Part shown: one piece after another, positions 49,796-60,191 of the stretch
Numbering within the stretch: position 1 is the first letter of the stretch
How the letters are laid out: every line of letters starts with the position of its first letter
Assembly: GCA_903847585.1 (NCBI GenBank)
Contig: CAINEC010000193.1
Coordinates: 52,507 to 116,506, forward strand
Source: an uncultured Bacteroidota bacterium
GTDB taxonomy: Bacteria; Bacteroidota; Bacteroidia; AKYH767-A; OLB10
DNA: 64,000 nt
Direction of reading: 5' to 3'
Notes under the pieces: generated by a model
What the model was told of the DNA's origin: nothing
What the model saw: only the letters and a program-made list of their open reading frames with translations
Database searches by the model: none
Translations under genes and position numbers: made by a program

Positions 49796-50344
49796 TTATT
49801 TCTTTGGTTCTTTACCTTTCACTGGCTTACCACTTTTCATCCACTCGCGAGTACCCCAAAACATATTCTTACGGTATCCACCATCTTGATAGGTAACAAG
49901 ACGCTCTTGTTTCTTTAATGAAGCCAACAATACAGATACTTTCTTAGCGAATTCAGAACGATCTACATTAGGATATTTCTTCATCATCATTGCAACAATA
50001 TCACGATTGTGAACGAAACGTTTCTGAGCTAATACTAGATCATAAAGCGTTTGCGTTAAGTTACCGTGAAACTGAGCACGAGATCCAACTGGACGACCTC
50101 TCTTGCCTTTACCTTTGATTTTACGTACGATCATTTTCAAATCGATCTCTCCTTTCATTGGACGACCAGGTTTACGCCCTAGCCCACCTTTAACGAAATC
50201 AGAGGGGTCTAATTTTGAAATTGATAATACTCTAATCGCTGCATCTAATGCATTCATGCTGCGATCGAATTCTGCTTTTAGCTGACGCTTTCCGTTTTCG
50301 AGCTCTTTGATAAGCGCTTTAACACTGTTTGTTTGAGTTGTCAT
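49796..50344 (-). CDS. Very basic hypothetical protein, candidate DNA-binding or nucleoid protein
   Basis: N-terminal heptad helix, RKPGRP and KRGRP motifs, helical C-terminal domain; no signal peptide. Confidence 0.7.
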   Translation of the reverse strand: MTTQTNSVKALIKELENGKRQLKAEFDRSMNALDAAIRVLSISKLDPSDFVKGGLGRKPGRPMKGEIDLKMIVRKIKGKGKRGRPVGSRAQFHGNLTQTLYDLVLAQKRFVHNRDIVAMMMKKYPNVDRSEFAKKVSVLLASLKKQERLVTYQDGGYRKNMFWGTREWMKSGKPVKGKEPKK

Positions 50345-50500
50345 AATATTGTTCTAATCTGTTGAGCAAATTTGCGAAATTTTATTTAGAAACGCCAAAC
50401 CATATTATTATAAAAAACATATATATAGGGGCAAGCATAATTGATATTATGCATTTTTACAATTAATTAACTATTTTCAATATGAATACAGGGGTAATTT

Positions 50501-53500
50501 CTACTTTTTCTTTCTTTTGAAAAGATCTTTAAAAGAATTAAACTCTTGTCGATAGAAGACCCCAACCCCTTGGGTATAATTCGAGTTAATATTATTAATT
50601 AGGGTATTATTATTCGATCTATTAAATGCTTTAAGCTTAAATCGACCGTCTTTACTAGCCATGTATTCCACGTTAAAATCACCAACAATATTCGTTGTAT
50701 TTTGCCCTTTGGTTGGCGTATTAGCAGTACCGCCACTAACATCTATAAGAATTCTATTATTAAATATTGATGTTTGAACCCCTACTTCAATCTGATCATT
50801 TGTAACCTGATCACCTGGATTATAACTTACGTTTACATCGAATTGATCACTTATCTGCGATGCCCAGTTACTTAACTGATTAGTTAATAATTCATAAGCA
50901 TTAGAACCTACAATCGCCCCTGAAGAAACACCACCACGATCACTTAAATCACTTGGTGTAGTAAAACGTTTGGCTACAATCAATGAAATTGCCTGACGGT
51001 ATTTTTCTTCTTCTGTATTGATTAATCGTTTAATCTGAGTTTCAACTGTTGGATCTACATTCTGAACACTAATATCGAAAGAGATATTTGGATTGAATAA
51101 TTTGTCGGTCAAATTCAGTTTAAGTGTTACAGGCACATTCTTTTTGAAGGTGCTGTCTTGAAATAAATCGAATAAACTCACTTTAGGTTTATACAATGCA
51201 CTGATATTAATATTTGCATCGTATGGATCACCATTCCAGCGGATATAACCACCACGCTCTAAGTAAAAGTTCTTGTTCAATACATTTTGCATGGTAAATA
51301 AATACTTACCACTTTCTAATTCATAATTACCATACATCTTTAAATCTTCCGTAGGTGTCACAGTCATTCGCAAATTACCTTTACCTGTACCTTCAATTAC
51401 ATCACCAATTTTAGAATCAAACACCAAAGAAATAATAGCATCAGTTGTTGCTTCCAACGACATATCGATAGTCATTCCACTGAAGTCAATTGAATCTTGC
51501 TTTAATGAATTAGCAATATTATCAGACTGATTAACAAAAGTGACAAATCCTGTTTTACTAATTTCTTCAGGATTACTGAGTGGAATATAAATCTTTGTTC
51601 CCTTCTCTGATTTTAATCCGATATTAAATGAAAGATTATCTACAGGGCCTTTAATTACTGTACTTCCCGATGCATAAGCTTCTCCATAATATACATCATT
51701 ATCACTAGCCGTTGTGTTTAATACTTGAATATTATTTGCTTTGAATTCTAAATCGAAATTCCAATCCTTTAAGTAATTGTGCGTTATCGAACCATTAAGT
51801 TTTGCTTGATTGCCTTTAATATCATTAATTGTTACATCTCTAAAAAGGATTTTATTGTTAAGCAATTCCAACTCTGTATTTAAATTGTAAGTTGTCTTTA
51901 AATAATCCAAGGTAAGATTTACTTTTTGCAGAGTAAGATTACCAGTCAATGATGGTTTATTAATAGTTCCAACTAATTTCAACTCTCCACTTGCAATACC
52001 AGATAAATTTGAAAATATATCTTGTGCATAATGACTAAACGATTGCAGTCGTGTTTTTTTGACTTTAACTGTAAAGTCTAGTTCATCATCTTTTTCCTTC
52101 AAATAATATTTACCATTAATAAGGAAATTTTTATCGCCACCATGGGTTAAGTCTCCTCTGATTACAACCACATTTTCATTTCCATCAAACTCAGTGATAA
52201 TATTTGCATCGCCTAATGTATCAGCAAACCAACATAAACGTTGTATTGATAAATTAGCATCTATTAACGGCTTCTTTAATAATGAAGTTATCTCTGCTTC
52301 TCCATTGGCGATACCACTTATTTGAGCATCATAAATCTTAAGTACATCATTTAAGTTCCCAGTTTCAAAATTCTCAAATTTCACTTTAATTTTAGCTGTA
52401 GTATCTTGAGATAATATTCCTGATATACCTACGAATTGATCTTCCGAGTTAAAATCAAACTTACTAAACAATACACCTGTTGAATCAATAAGTAAATAAT
52501 TTTCGTTGTTTAAAAACCATGTACTTCCATTCATCACTAGGTGATCAGGAATAACTTTTAATGTAGTGTAACCTGTAGGTAAAATTTTTGTGTCAAATCG
52601 AAAGTCAGCGTTATTAATCTTTTTCTCTTCACCCGACAATTCAACATGAATACTAGCCGTATCAAAACCGGTGATACCTTCTAAATCTACTTCACCAATT
52701 AGCAATTCATCATCTACATAAACAGAATCTAAACTTGTTTGCAATTGAAAGTTTTCATTAGCAACTTCACCACTCAACAAAAAGTTATGCAACGAAATGT
52801 TTTCATATGCCACGTATTTACTTTTTGCATCCAATGATAATTCAAAAGCTTCTGAATTTAAGTTACCACTGATGCTTGTATTATCCGCAATTTTTAACGC
52901 AGGATAAAAAACATCCAAAATACTTTGAACTCTATTTAAATCAATTTTAAAATTTAATTTCTGCGGCACATCGCGACTAATTTGCATAGTCGTGTTAGTG
53001 GGAATATAATTAGAAAACACAACCTTTGATGCAGATAATACTTTATCTAGATTAAACCTCCCTGTCAGTAAACAATTAAAAGCATCAGAGTTGATTTTTA
53101 ATATTCGCTTGTCATTAATAATCGACTCTACATCAATCTGCGCTATATTGATTGATTTATCATTTTCGCTGTATTGCAAATCTTCAATACTGATTGTTCC
53201 CTGTGTATTTTCGATATTATCACCCACTAGATTAATAGAAATATCTGTGGTAACATTAGCAGACAAATCTCTGTCGATTAGTTTTAGCTTTGAAAGCATT
53301 GCAGTGCGCACAGTGGAATTAAAATGCATTTCAGGAAGGTTACCACTAAAATCAACATCCCCTTGAAAATCCATATCAAGATTTGGATCTGCAACTATAA
53401 ACTCACCATTAAACAACTTTTTTGCAAACTGACCATTCAATGAAATGTTTGAATAATTATAGCCATGCAAATGCAATTTATCTACTTTACCTTCAATATT

Positions 53501-54892
53501 GGCAACTACATTCTTTATTTCCAATCCGTGACCTTGCACCTTAACATTCAAGGTTGCAGCACCTACTTCAGGATCTAGTTTCCAAAACTTTCCTACATTA
53601 AAATTAACTAAACCAACATCCCCTGTATATGCAGTATTCTTATCTTCCTTTTCAACTTTAAAGTTTATATCAGTATTAATATTACCAATATCAGTTGTAA
53701 TATTTCCTCGAGATACAAAGTCATAAAAGTACCCTTCAAAAGATCCTGAGTAATGCACTTTACCAAGTAATGCAATATTATTTGGTAGAACAATATTCTT
53801 TTTTAAATCGAATGGATACTGTGGAAGCGACTCCACATCTTTTTTATTCAAGCATAAATCAGCTGCTTCAATAAACATGGAGGTCGACTCCATATCTGGC
53901 AATCCTGTCATAGCAACATTACCACGGAAATATAAATCATCCGTAAATTTTAAAACTAGATTTTTTGTTTTGAATTTACTGACTGTGCCTTTGTAGGTTC
54001 CTGAAACATATACAGACTCATCCACATCTTTCAATTCACTCGAAAAATATTTCAAATCTTTAAAAGATACTTTACTATCATAAATCTGTCCTTTGCAATT
54101 AACTTTATTGATGAAGTCTTCAAAATCTTCCATTGAATTATACTTCATATTAAAATCGCAAAGAATATCGCTATTAGGAGTTTTGGCCGCTAGCGTTTTT
54201 AAATCGATAATTTTATCTGCAATTGCAACTTTCGTTGCAAAAGAATTTAAAACGAATCCGCTCTTCTCTTTCAAAGAAAGCTGACGAATATTTAATGTAG
54301 TTTGATTGGTATCAGGAATAATATCCGTTACATGCAAATTAACATTGGTAAAATAGGCATCATCCCAGTTAATACATGATGTAGCATCATTATATTTCAA
54401 ATCGCGATAGGATATGATATTATCTGTAAGCCTTACATCTTCAATTTTCAAATCCCATTTTTTCGATTTTGTTTTTTTCTTTTCTGAAGAAGAAAAATAA
54501 TCAATGATAAAATCGATATTAAAACTTCGTGGATTAGCGTAACGGACCAAACCAATTCTTGCACGGTTCAATTCAACTTCACTAATAATGATACGTTGCT
54601 TAGGAATACTAAATGCTGAGAAAGTAACATTCAATTCAGGAGCAAAAATAACAGTGTCCTTTTTTTGATCGGCAAAGTACACTTCATCTAACTGTATTGT
54701 TTTAAAAAACTTGATATCAACTGCGCCAACAGAAACTTTACAATCGAGCTCATTGCTTAAATAAGTACCAACAAGATTAACCGCCCATGTTTGAACCTTA
54801 GGCGACTTGATTGCTATTTTCAACGAAAAAAATAGCAAGACAACGCCCAGCAGGACAAAAGCAACAATTTTTCCGATCTTTTTAATTTTCAC
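50501..54892 (-). CDS. tamB: Translocation/assembly module TamB family protein
   Basis: N-terminal TM, long beta-taco, C-terminal W.GDPYDA.INI.A.Y..YTQGVGVFY. Confidence 0.88.
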   Translation of the reverse strand: MKIKKIGKIVAFVLLGVVLLFFSLKIAIKSPKVQTWAVNLVGTYLSNELDCKVSVGAVDIKFFKTIQLDEVYFADQKKDTVIFAPELNVTFSAFSIPKQRIIISEVELNRARIGLVRYANPRSFNIDFIIDYFSSSEKKKTKSKKWDLKIEDVRLTDNIISYRDLKYNDATSCINWDDAYFTNVNLHVTDIIPDTNQTTLNIRQLSLKEKSGFVLNSFATKVAIADKIIDLKTLAAKTPNSDILCDFNMKYNSMEDFEDFINKVNCKGQIYDSKVSFKDLKYFSSELKDVDESVYVSGTYKGTVSKFKTKNLVLKFTDDLYFRGNVAMTGLPDMESTSMFIEAADLCLNKKDVESLPQYPFDLKKNIVLPNNIALLGKVHYSGSFEGYFYDFVSRGNITTDIGNINTDINFKVEKEDKNTAYTGDVGLVNFNVGKFWKLDPEVGAATLNVKVQGHGLEIKNVVANIEGKVDKLHLHGYNYSNISLNGQFAKKLFNGEFIVADPNLDMDFQGDVDFSGNLPEMHFNSTVRTAMLSKLKLIDRDLSANVTTDISINLVGDNIENTQGTISIEDLQYSENDKSINIAQIDVESIINDKRILKINSDAFNCLLTGRFNLDKVLSASKVVFSNYIPTNTTMQISRDVPQKLNFKIDLNRVQSILDVFYPALKIADNTSISGNLNSEAFELSLDAKSKYVAYENISLHNFLLSGEVANENFQLQTSLDSVYVDDELLIGEVDLEGITGFDTASIHVELSGEEKKINNADFRFDTKILPTGYTTLKVIPDHLVMNGSTWFLNNENYLLIDSTGVLFSKFDFNSEDQFVGISGILSQDTTAKIKVKFENFETGNLNDVLKIYDAQISGIANGEAEITSLLKKPLIDANLSIQRLCWFADTLGDANIITEFDGNENVVVIRGDLTHGGDKNFLINGKYYLKEKDDELDFTVKVKKTRLQSFSHYAQDIFSNLSGIASGELKLVGTINKPSLTGNLTLQKVNLTLDYLKTTYNLNTELELLNNKILFRDVTINDIKGNQAKLNGSITHNYLKDWNFDLEFKANNIQVLNTTASDNDVYYGEAYASGSTVIKGPVDNLSFNIGLKSEKGTKIYIPLSNPEEISKTGFVTFVNQSDNIANSLKQDSIDFSGMTIDMSLEATTDAIISLVFDSKIGDVIEGTGKGNLRMTVTPTEDLKMYGNYELESGKYLFTMQNVLNKNFYLERGGYIRWNGDPYDANINISALYKPKVSLFDLFQDSTFKKNVPVTLKLNLTDKLFNPNISFDISVQNVDPTVETQIKRLINTEEEKYRQAISLIVAKRFTTPSDLSDRGGVSSGAIVGSNAYELLTNQLSNWASQISDQFDVNVSYNPGDQVTNDQIEVGVQTSIFNNRILIDVSGGTANTPTKGQNTTNIVGDFNVEYMASKDGRFKLKAFNRSNNNTLINNINSNYTQGVGVFYRQEFNSFKDLFKRKKK

Positions 54893-54974
54893 TTATGAGA
54901 AAGTATATACAAAAATACGAATTCACCCCCATTACTTTTAAAGAATTATTATAAAATAGTAAACGAACAAATGT

Positions 54975-54982
54975 TACTTTTG
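54975..54982 (+). promoter_or_regulatory. -7 box TACTTTTG for tsaD
   Basis: TAnnTTTG 9 nt before ATG 54992. Confidence 0.55.
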
Positions 54983-54991
54983 TGATGCAAA

Positions 54992-56020
54992 ATGAGCAAT
55001 AATCCCATTTATATTTTAGGCATCGAAACCTCGTGTGACGAGACCTCAGCCTCCGTCACAAAAAATGGTGTTGTATGTTCCAATATTATAGCTACTCAAG
55101 AGGTACATTTTAAGTATGGTGGCGTTGTGCCTGAGTTGGCTTCCAGAGCACATCAGCAACAAATAATACCCGTTGTAGATGCAGCACTTAAAGAAGCGGG
55201 AATTACCGTAAATGAATTAACAGCAGTAGCCTTTACGAGAGGACCAGGATTAATTGGAGCTTTATTGGTCGGTTGTTCTTTTGCTAAGTCGTTATCATTG
55301 GCGCTCGACATTCCACTGATAGAAGTGAACCATATGCAAGCTCATATCATCGGCAATTTTGCATCAAGACAAGGGGAAATTAAGTCTTACCCTACCTTCC
55401 CGTTTTTATGTTTGACGGTTTCAGGTGGACATACCCAATTGGTATTGGTAGAGTCGCATTTAAAAATGAACATCATCGGACAAACAATCGATGATGCGGC
55501 AGGAGAAGCATTTGATAAAGTGGCTAAAATGCTTAAGCTACCCTACCCTGGCGGACCTGAAGTAGATAAGCAAGCACAAACTGGTAATCCTAATCGATTC
55601 AAATTCCCGGTTTCTGATATTGGCGGTTATGACTTTAGCTTTAGCGGATTAAAAACTTCGGTGTTATATTTTTTGCAGAAGGAGACTAAAGAAAACCCGA
55701 ATTTTATCAGTGAAAATTTAGCGGACATTTGTGCCTCAGTTCAATATACCATCATTAAAACATTAATGAAAAAGTTAAAGCTGGCTGCCAGCAATTACGA
55801 TATTAAAACCATCGCAATTTCGGGAGGTGTATCAGCTAATAAAGGAATCAGAAATGCACTACAGGAAGAAGTCAATGCCAGTGGTTGGAATGTTTTTATT
55901 CCTAACTTCGAATATTGCACCGATAATGCAGGAATGATTTCACTTTATGGTTACTATAAATATTTAGCAAAAGAATTTTGTGAATTATCAATAAGCCCAG
56001 TTGCACGATATCCATTTTAA
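54992..56020 (+). CDS. tsaD: tRNA N6-threonylcarbamoyltransferase
   Basis: LGIETSCDET, GGVVPELASRAH, HMQAH, VSGGHT, DNAGMI. Confidence 0.96.
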   Translation: MSNNPIYILGIETSCDETSASVTKNGVVCSNIIATQEVHFKYGGVVPELASRAHQQQIIPVVDAALKEAGITVNELTAVAFTRGPGLIGALLVGCSFAKSLSLALDIPLIEVNHMQAHIIGNFASRQGEIKSYPTFPFLCLTVSGGHTQLVLVESHLKMNIIGQTIDDAAGEAFDKVAKMLKLPYPGGPEVDKQAQTGNPNRFKFPVSDIGGYDFSFSGLKTSVLYFLQKETKENPNFISENLADICASVQYTIIKTLMKKLKLAASNYDIKTIAISGGVSANKGIRNALQEEVNASGWNVFIPNFEYCTDNAGMISLYGYYKYLAKEFCELSISPVARYPF

Positions 56021-56030
56021 TACTATTACA

Positions 56031-56918
56031 ATGTCAGATAACAAAAACAAATCGAACATCATTTTAATAATTCTACTTTTAATATCTGTAGGATTTAACA
56101 TCTATCAATATTCAGCAAAAAACAATCTGATTACTGAAAGCAAAAACGAGCGTGACAGTTTGATTACTGCAAGAGTAGATATTGAAAAAGAACTGAATGA
56201 GACCTACTCTGAATTAAATCAGTATAAAGGTGAAAATGCAAGAATGGACAGCTTACTGTCTAAAGCAAATACGGATTTAAAATCGTATGAAGATAAAATT
56301 GCACAATTGCTAAAATCGGAAAGCAACAAAGATCAGTTAAACAAGAAATTGTCTGAGGAGTTAAAAGAAATCAAAAAGCTTCGTGATCAGTATTTAGAAA
56401 AAATCGACAACTTACTTGCTGAAAACACAAAGTTAAAAAAAGACAATTCCGATTTAAATTCGAAAGTGGAACAGATTTCAAAAGATCTTCAAAACACTGT
56501 CAACACAGCATCTGTTTTAAGAGTAGAATATTTGAATATTGCTACGTTAAAGAAAAAGTATAACGATAAATATGCTCCTACAGTATTAGCAAAACGCACA
56601 GAAAAATTTGATATTTGCTTTACCATTTTGGAAAATAAAATTGCAAAGAGTGGTAGCAGAACAATTTATTTGCGTTTAATATCACCTAACGGAAAAGTAA
56701 TTGGAGATCGTTCACAAGGCAGCGGTAGTTTTACCGATACAAAAAGCAATAGTCAAATGCAATTTACACTAAGCAAGTCGTTAGTCTATAGCAATGCTAA
56801 TGCTAACTTATGTATGACGTGGGAGTCGGCAGGAGAAAAATACGACGTTGGTATTTACACTGCTGAAATTTACATCGATGGAATCTATAGCAGCAGTAAG
56901 ACCGTTGAGTTACGATAA
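56031..56918 (+). CDS. Membrane-anchored coiled-coil protein with C-terminal beta domain
   Basis: N-terminal TM, long heptad repeats; start set at MSDNK. Confidence 0.7.
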   Translation: MSDNKNKSNIILIILLLISVGFNIYQYSAKNNLITESKNERDSLITARVDIEKELNETYSELNQYKGENARMDSLLSKANTDLKSYEDKIAQLLKSESNKDQLNKKLSEELKEIKKLRDQYLEKIDNLLAENTKLKKDNSDLNSKVEQISKDLQNTVNTASVLRVEYLNIATLKKKYNDKYAPTVLAKRTEKFDICFTILENKIAKSGSRTIYLRLISPNGKVIGDRSQGSGSFTDTKSNSQMQFTLSKSLVYSNANANLCMTWESAGEKYDVGIYTAEIYIDGIYSSSKTVELR

Positions 56919-56923
56919 TCGCA

Positions 56924-58111
56924 TTAACTTTTAATCAACTTAGCTAAATACATGCTATCGGCATATGAACCGACGCCTGATATTATTTTTTGCTCTACTA
57001 ATTTTAGCGTGTGATTAGCTAATAGTTGTTTAATAACTTCTGAGTTTTCTTGTGCATATACAGAGCAAGTAGAATAATAAAGCACTCCCCCTTTTTTTAG
57101 CACTGCTAATAAATTGCTGGCGATGTTATATTGTAATTCGGAGAAGGCTTCAACCTTTTCTTTTGTGATTGACAACTTCTGCTCAGGTGTACGTGACCAT
57201 GTACCTGATCCTGAACAGGGGACATCAGCAATAATTGCATCATATAATGCAGCGCTATTTTGGGCAGTTGAATCACTCCAGTCTGCAACTCTCGATTTAT
57301 AATTAGTAATATGATTCCGCTTAAATCTTAATTGAAGATTAGTCAAAATCGATTCACGGATATCCGTTACCGTTAAATCGATATCAGATTGCAAATCTAA
57401 AAGCTGTAGCGATTTACCACCAGAAGCAGCACAGGCGTCAAGCCATTTTTCGTTTGATGCAGGAGAATAGTTAGTACCAAGTAATTGTGACGACAAATCC
57501 TGAATTTCTATCCAACCTTTCTTATATGCATCTGAATTTAAAACATCAAAATCATCAGAAAGTTGTAAAGCTAAATTTGAAGCAGGATGAATTTTAAAAT
57601 CAATCTTGTTGTTTTCAAAAAATGTTAATGCTTGCTTTTCAAATTTTCTGTTTATACGAATCCACAAATTCCGTCGAAGAAAGCCATCATAAACAAAATC
57701 ATTCAACGGCAAATTATTTTCTATTAAATCACATAGCGGAAAAATTTCAGATGGATTTAATACTATTGAAAATTCTTTTTGCAATAATTCACATTTTAGT
57801 TTTGGTTGCAATACGATTGAAGCAAGCAACTTTTCATCTTTAAAGAAACGTTCACTGAATGCATCAACGTGTTCGTAGGAAAGAAACAATGCAATGGCCA
57901 ACCGTTCATTATTAGGAAGCTCATTAACGGCATTGCCTAGACGCCACCATGCATAACAAAGCTGACGAATATTTCTTCTATCGCGCGAGCCAAGTTTAGG
58001 ATTAGTCTGAAAATATTTTTTCAGATAGATCGCAAACGGCTCCAAAAAATTATAGCCCTGTATACAATCCAGGGCTATATTGAATAAAAAATTATTAGAA
58101 ACAGAAATCAT
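56924..58111 (-). CDS. RsmB/NOP2 family RNA m5C methyltransferase
   Basis: IQDLSSQ, LDACAASGGKS, DVPCSGSG, YSTCS. Confidence 0.9.
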   Translation of the reverse strand: MISVSNNFLFNIALDCIQGYNFLEPFAIYLKKYFQTNPKLGSRDRRNIRQLCYAWWRLGNAVNELPNNERLAIALFLSYEHVDAFSERFFKDEKLLASIVLQPKLKCELLQKEFSIVLNPSEIFPLCDLIENNLPLNDFVYDGFLRRNLWIRINRKFEKQALTFFENNKIDFKIHPASNLALQLSDDFDVLNSDAYKKGWIEIQDLSSQLLGTNYSPASNEKWLDACAASGGKSLQLLDLQSDIDLTVTDIRESILTNLQLRFKRNHITNYKSRVADWSDSTAQNSAALYDAIIADVPCSGSGTWSRTPEQKLSITKEKVEAFSELQYNIASNLLAVLKKGGVLYYSTCSVYAQENSEVIKQLLANHTLKLVEQKIISGVGSYADSMYLAKLIKS

Positions 58112-60180
58112 TATATCTCTAGTTTCATTTGTGACTTATCATCTTTAGTTGGAGGTAAAAACAAATCAGGTTGTTTCTTTCTTAATTGTGTTACCTGATC
58201 AGCACTTGCTTCCACCACTTTTAAAATCGGGAATTTAGTCACAACATTACCTTGCACACCTCTTCCTTTTATCAATTGACTTCCGAAATAAATTACAGAC
58301 TCTAAATTTCTCAACTTTGGTTTTGGTTTCAACTTCACAATTACTGTTGGACCATCATTCGGCGTGCTTACTGAAAGATAAAGAATACGTGACCCTAATA
58401 GTCCTTTCGTAAGATCATAGGCTTTATCACGGGTAACACCACCAATGGTAAAACGCTTCATCATGATAGCACCTTTAGAACCATCTTGATAAATCAAATT
58501 ATAAACGGTGTTCTCGTCCTGATCCTTTTTAAATACAGTAACGTGAATAATATCTTTTCCTATGTACGACTTATCAGACACTTTCGTCACCATCACTTTA
58601 CCATCTGAAGTAAACGCTATAACGTCATCTATATCCGAACAGTCAGCAACAAACTCATCTTTCTTTAGTCCGATACCTACGAAGCCTTCAGCACGATTAA
58701 CATAAAGCTTTGCATTATTGATAACTACTTTAGAAGCTACGATTGTTTCGAATTCGCTGATTTGTGTTTTACGCTCTCTGCCCTTTCCGTATTTCTTTAG
58801 TAAGTTCTTATAGAAATTAATTGTGTAGTTCTTGATATTATCAAGATCGTACTTCACTGCTTTAATTTCATCTTCCAAACCTTTGATATGTTCATCAGCT
58901 TTGAAAGCATCAAACTTAGAAATACGCTTAATTTTAATTTCTGTCAAGCGAACTACATCTTCATCAGTAATATCACGATAGAACATTTTCTTATAAGGTT
59001 TTAATCCCTTATGAATTGTTTCCATCACTGCTTCCCAAGTCTCACAATCTTCGATATTACGATAGATTTTCTTCTCGATGAAAATCTTTTCTAACGAGCT
59101 AAAATGCCAGTTCTCTTCTAATTCTCCGAGGCGAATTTGCAATTCACGCTTTAACAACTCCATTGTATTAAGAGCTGTGAGACGTAAAATTTCATTCACC
59201 GATAAAAACTGTGGCTTGCCATCAAGGATAACGCAGGAGTTAGGTGAGATACTTACTTCACAATCTGTGAATGCATATAAAGCTTCAATTGTTTTATCGA
59301 TATCTTCGGATGAATCAGGATGAAGGTGAATAACAACTTCTACGTTAGCAGCTGTATTATCTTCAACTTTTTTGATTTTAATTTTACCCTTTTCATTTGC
59401 TGCAAGAATCGAATCAATCAAGCTTGACGTTGTTGTACCAAAAGGAATTTCTTTGACAACGAGTGTCTTTTTATCTTTCTTCTCGATGACAGCACGAACA
59501 CGAATTTTACCTCCTCTTAAACCATCATTGTACTTAGAAAAATCGGCAATACCACCTGTTGGGAAATCAGGAACAAGATCTACTTTTTTACCACGTAAAG
59601 AATCGATTGAAGCTTCAATCAATTCGATGAAGTTGTGAGGTAAAATTTTACAAGCTAATCCAACTGCAATCCCTTCAACACCTAATGCAAGTAACAAAGG
59701 AAATTTAACTGGTAATGCAACAGGCTCTTTATTTCTACCATCATAAGAAGATTGCCATATTGTTGTTTTAGGATTATATAAAACTTCTAAAGCAAACTTA
59801 CTCAAACGAGCTTCAATGTAACGAGAAGCAGCTGCACTATCACCAGTAAAAATATTTCCCCAGTTTCCCTGCGTATCGATTAATAAATTCTTTTGTCCTA
59901 TTTGCACTAGTGCATCACCGATAGAAACATCACCATGCGGATGATACTTCATCGTATGTCCGATGATATTCGCTACCTTATTATAACGACCATCTTCTAA
60001 CTCCCACATTGCATGCAACACTCTTCGTTGAACAGGTTTAACACCGTCATCGAGATAAGGCACTGCACGCTCCATGATTACATAAGAAGCATAATCTAAA
60101 AACCAATTCTGGTACATGGTTCCTACCTGACCATGTTGTTCATCTCTTTTATCTTTCGAATTATCCAAATCTTTCTGCAT
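58111..60180 (-). CDS. parC: DNA topoisomerase IV subunit A
   Basis: DGVKPVQRR, YHPHGD, AASRYIEARL; follows parE. Confidence 0.92.
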   Translation of the reverse strand: MQKDLDNSKDKRDEQHGQVGTMYQNWFLDYASYVIMERAVPYLDDGVKPVQRRVLHAMWELEDGRYNKVANIIGHTMKYHPHGDVSIGDALVQIGQKNLLIDTQGNWGNIFTGDSAAASRYIEARLSKFALEVLYNPKTTIWQSSYDGRNKEPVALPVKFPLLLALGVEGIAVGLACKILPHNFIELIEASIDSLRGKKVDLVPDFPTGGIADFSKYNDGLRGGKIRVRAVIEKKDKKTLVVKEIPFGTTTSSLIDSILAANEKGKIKIKKVEDNTAANVEVVIHLHPDSSEDIDKTIEALYAFTDCEVSISPNSCVILDGKPQFLSVNEILRLTALNTMELLKRELQIRLGELEENWHFSSLEKIFIEKKIYRNIEDCETWEAVMETIHKGLKPYKKMFYRDITDEDVVRLTEIKIKRISKFDAFKADEHIKGLEDEIKAVKYDLDNIKNYTINFYKNLLKKYGKGRERKTQISEFETIVASKVVINNAKLYVNRAEGFVGIGLKKDEFVADCSDIDDVIAFTSDGKVMVTKVSDKSYIGKDIIHVTVFKKDQDENTVYNLIYQDGSKGAIMMKRFTIGGVTRDKAYDLTKGLLGSRILYLSVSTPNDGPTVIVKLKPKPKLRNLESVIYFGSQLIKGRGVQGNVVTKFPILKVVEASADQVTQLRKKQPDLFLPPTKDDKSQMKLEI

Positions 60181-60191
60181 TTTTAAAAATA

